Part shown: positions 56,672 through 57,756 of the stretch, piece after piece
Layout: each line of letters opens with the position of its first letter
How positions within the stretch are numbered: the first letter of the stretch is position 1
Sequence record: PV808483.1
Source of the DNA: a phage
Direction: 5' to 3' (one strand)
Length of the DNA: 57,756 nt
Made by a program: the position numbers and the translations under genes
Notes under the pieces: generated by a model
Told to the model about the DNA's origin: nothing
What the model saw: only the letters and a program-made list of their open reading frames with translations
The model's database searches: none

Positions 56672-57475
56672 TTATTGACCCATCATATCTTTATACATCA
56701 TCAAAACAACATCATCCGGCATATTATCTACATCGCAATGCGGGTTATGTGATAACGCATACAGTCTGATTTTCTCCTTCAAATCGCTGACATCGACTAC
56801 AGGTGCTTCCACTCGTGTTACAGGTGCTTCCACTCGTGATACAGATGCTTCCACTCGTGCTACAGGTGGTTCCACTCGTGCTACAGGTGGTTCCACTCGT
56901 GCTACAGGTGGTTCACAAACCATCACGTTAAACGGTGTTCCGGTGCCTTCGTATTTTTCAAGCAAATCGACCATTACGTTTACACATTCCGGGATCCAGC
57001 CCCGGCGCAAACCATTCTGAATCCAACTGTCAGTAATTGTGTGTTCGTTTAAATTCCTGCGTAACACGTATCTTGCACATTCAAAATTACCGCACATCGC
57101 CTCAAACCGTGTCCACACGTCGTGACCGTGAACAGCTTCCAGGATCTGTGAATCAACGTATCTGACACGTTGCCAGTAGTTATTAGCAAAACGCCTGTGT
57201 GGTAATTTCTGACGCAGTTCGGTAACCGGTATTGTGTGTTTAAGAACAATGTTTTCGTCAGAATGTTGTACTGTCAAGGGTGACAGTGTGAAGTCAGTAA
57301 TCTCTTCAAGAATAATACTGATCGTTTCATATTTAGGATGAAACCTACCGCTTAACCATTGATTGTAACGACCAACAGTTACCTTAACACCTCGACGATT
57401 AAGGTATTCAACAGCATTTTGTACCCCGCCTTTTAAATCTATCAATTCGTCTAAAAGGTTCTTTTTCATTATCAC
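56672..57475 (-). CDS. hypothetical protein with heptad tandem repeat (VEPPVAR, about six copies)
   Basis: 267 aa; 21-bp tandem repeats at about 56803-56925; transcribed away from the iteron region. Confidence 0.5.
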   Translation of the reverse strand: MIMKKNLLDELIDLKGGVQNAVEYLNRRGVKVTVGRYNQWLSGRFHPKYETISIILEEITDFTLSPLTVQHSDENIVLKHTIPVTELRQKLPHRRFANNYWQRVRYVDSQILEAVHGHDVWTRFEAMCGNFECARYVLRRNLNEHTITDSWIQNGLRRGWIPECVNVMVDLLEKYEGTGTPFNVMVCEPPVARVEPPVARVEPPVARVEASVSRVEAPVTRVEAPVVDVSDLKEKIRLYALSHNPHCDVDNMPDDVVLMMYKDMMGQ

Positions 57476-57756
57476 CCCTCCTTATTCAACCACGGGTAAA
57501 GCATAACTCGTGTTGGCAGCTAGTGCAAGATGTGCTTTATATGTTAGTGTATTTACACCTAATGCATGTTGTGCTTTAGCAGCTAGTGCAAGATGCACGT
57601 TGTGTATTAGCTGTTAGTGCACGTTGTGTATCTATGTTGGTACAGCTAATGCACGTTGTGAATTATATAGTGCATATAGTGCATTAAAGTTATACTTAAC
57701 ATAGATTTCGTCATGTTTATTTTTTGATCAACCCCTCATTATCTTTTTATAGATAA
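57476..57756. repeat. iteron-rich AT-rich region continuing into 1..300; many copies of (T)AGTGCA(A/C)G(A/T)TG(T/C)
   Basis: Motif copies read at about 57520-57545, 57585-57612, 57613-57628, 57649-57665 and 57668-57690. Confidence 0.6.

Noticed and set aside
56803-56925. Possible CRISPR array from the 21-bp tandem repeats
   Set aside because: The repeats are directly adjacent with no spacers, lie in-frame inside a long ORF, and encode a heptad peptide repeat.
1-57756. Integrase, repressor or 7-deazaguanine-type hypermodification genes
   Set aside because: I looked for tyrosine or serine recombinase motifs, a CI-like repressor, and QueC/QueE-type radical-SAM or PP-loop signatures, and recognised none; this is absence of recognition, not proof of absence.

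Overview
The window looks like an essentially complete ~57.7 kb genome of a virulent tailed dsDNA phage with a lambda-like siphovirus tail gene order; the last 17 nt repeat the first 17 nt, so the record is probably a circular or permuted assembly. All calls rest on reading the ORF translations and the DNA by eye; no database search or folding was run. Forward-strand morphogenesis and lysis genes (terminase small and large subunits, portal, MuF-like protein, protease/scaffold/major capsid, tail genes with a -1 frameshifted chaperone, endolysin/holin/spanins) are interrupted by six reverse-strand cassettes of small genes. Each cassette is driven by a copy of a conserved ~27-bp promoter element (TTTAAAATAATTCTTGACGGATTACAC). 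The replication module comprises a family-B-like DNA polymerase, DUF2815-like and DUF2800-like proteins, an SF2 helicase split by a LAGLIDADG intein, a VRR-NUC protein and an AEP primase/SF3 helicase. The best candidates for an undescribed system are auxiliary, nucleotide-centred genes: a DarG/TARG1-like macrodomain next to a Dam methylase and a nucleoside 2-deoxyribosyltransferase-like protein, an HD-domain alarmone-hydrolase-like protein, and an early operon encoding a short C5-methyltransferase-like protein plus a SLOG/DUF2493-like protein. Also notable are a ~700-bp noncoding island inside the structural module, two iteron-rich AT-rich regions, and an immunity-like/endonuclease-like cassette inserted between tail genes. 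No integrase, tRNA or CRISPR array was recognised.
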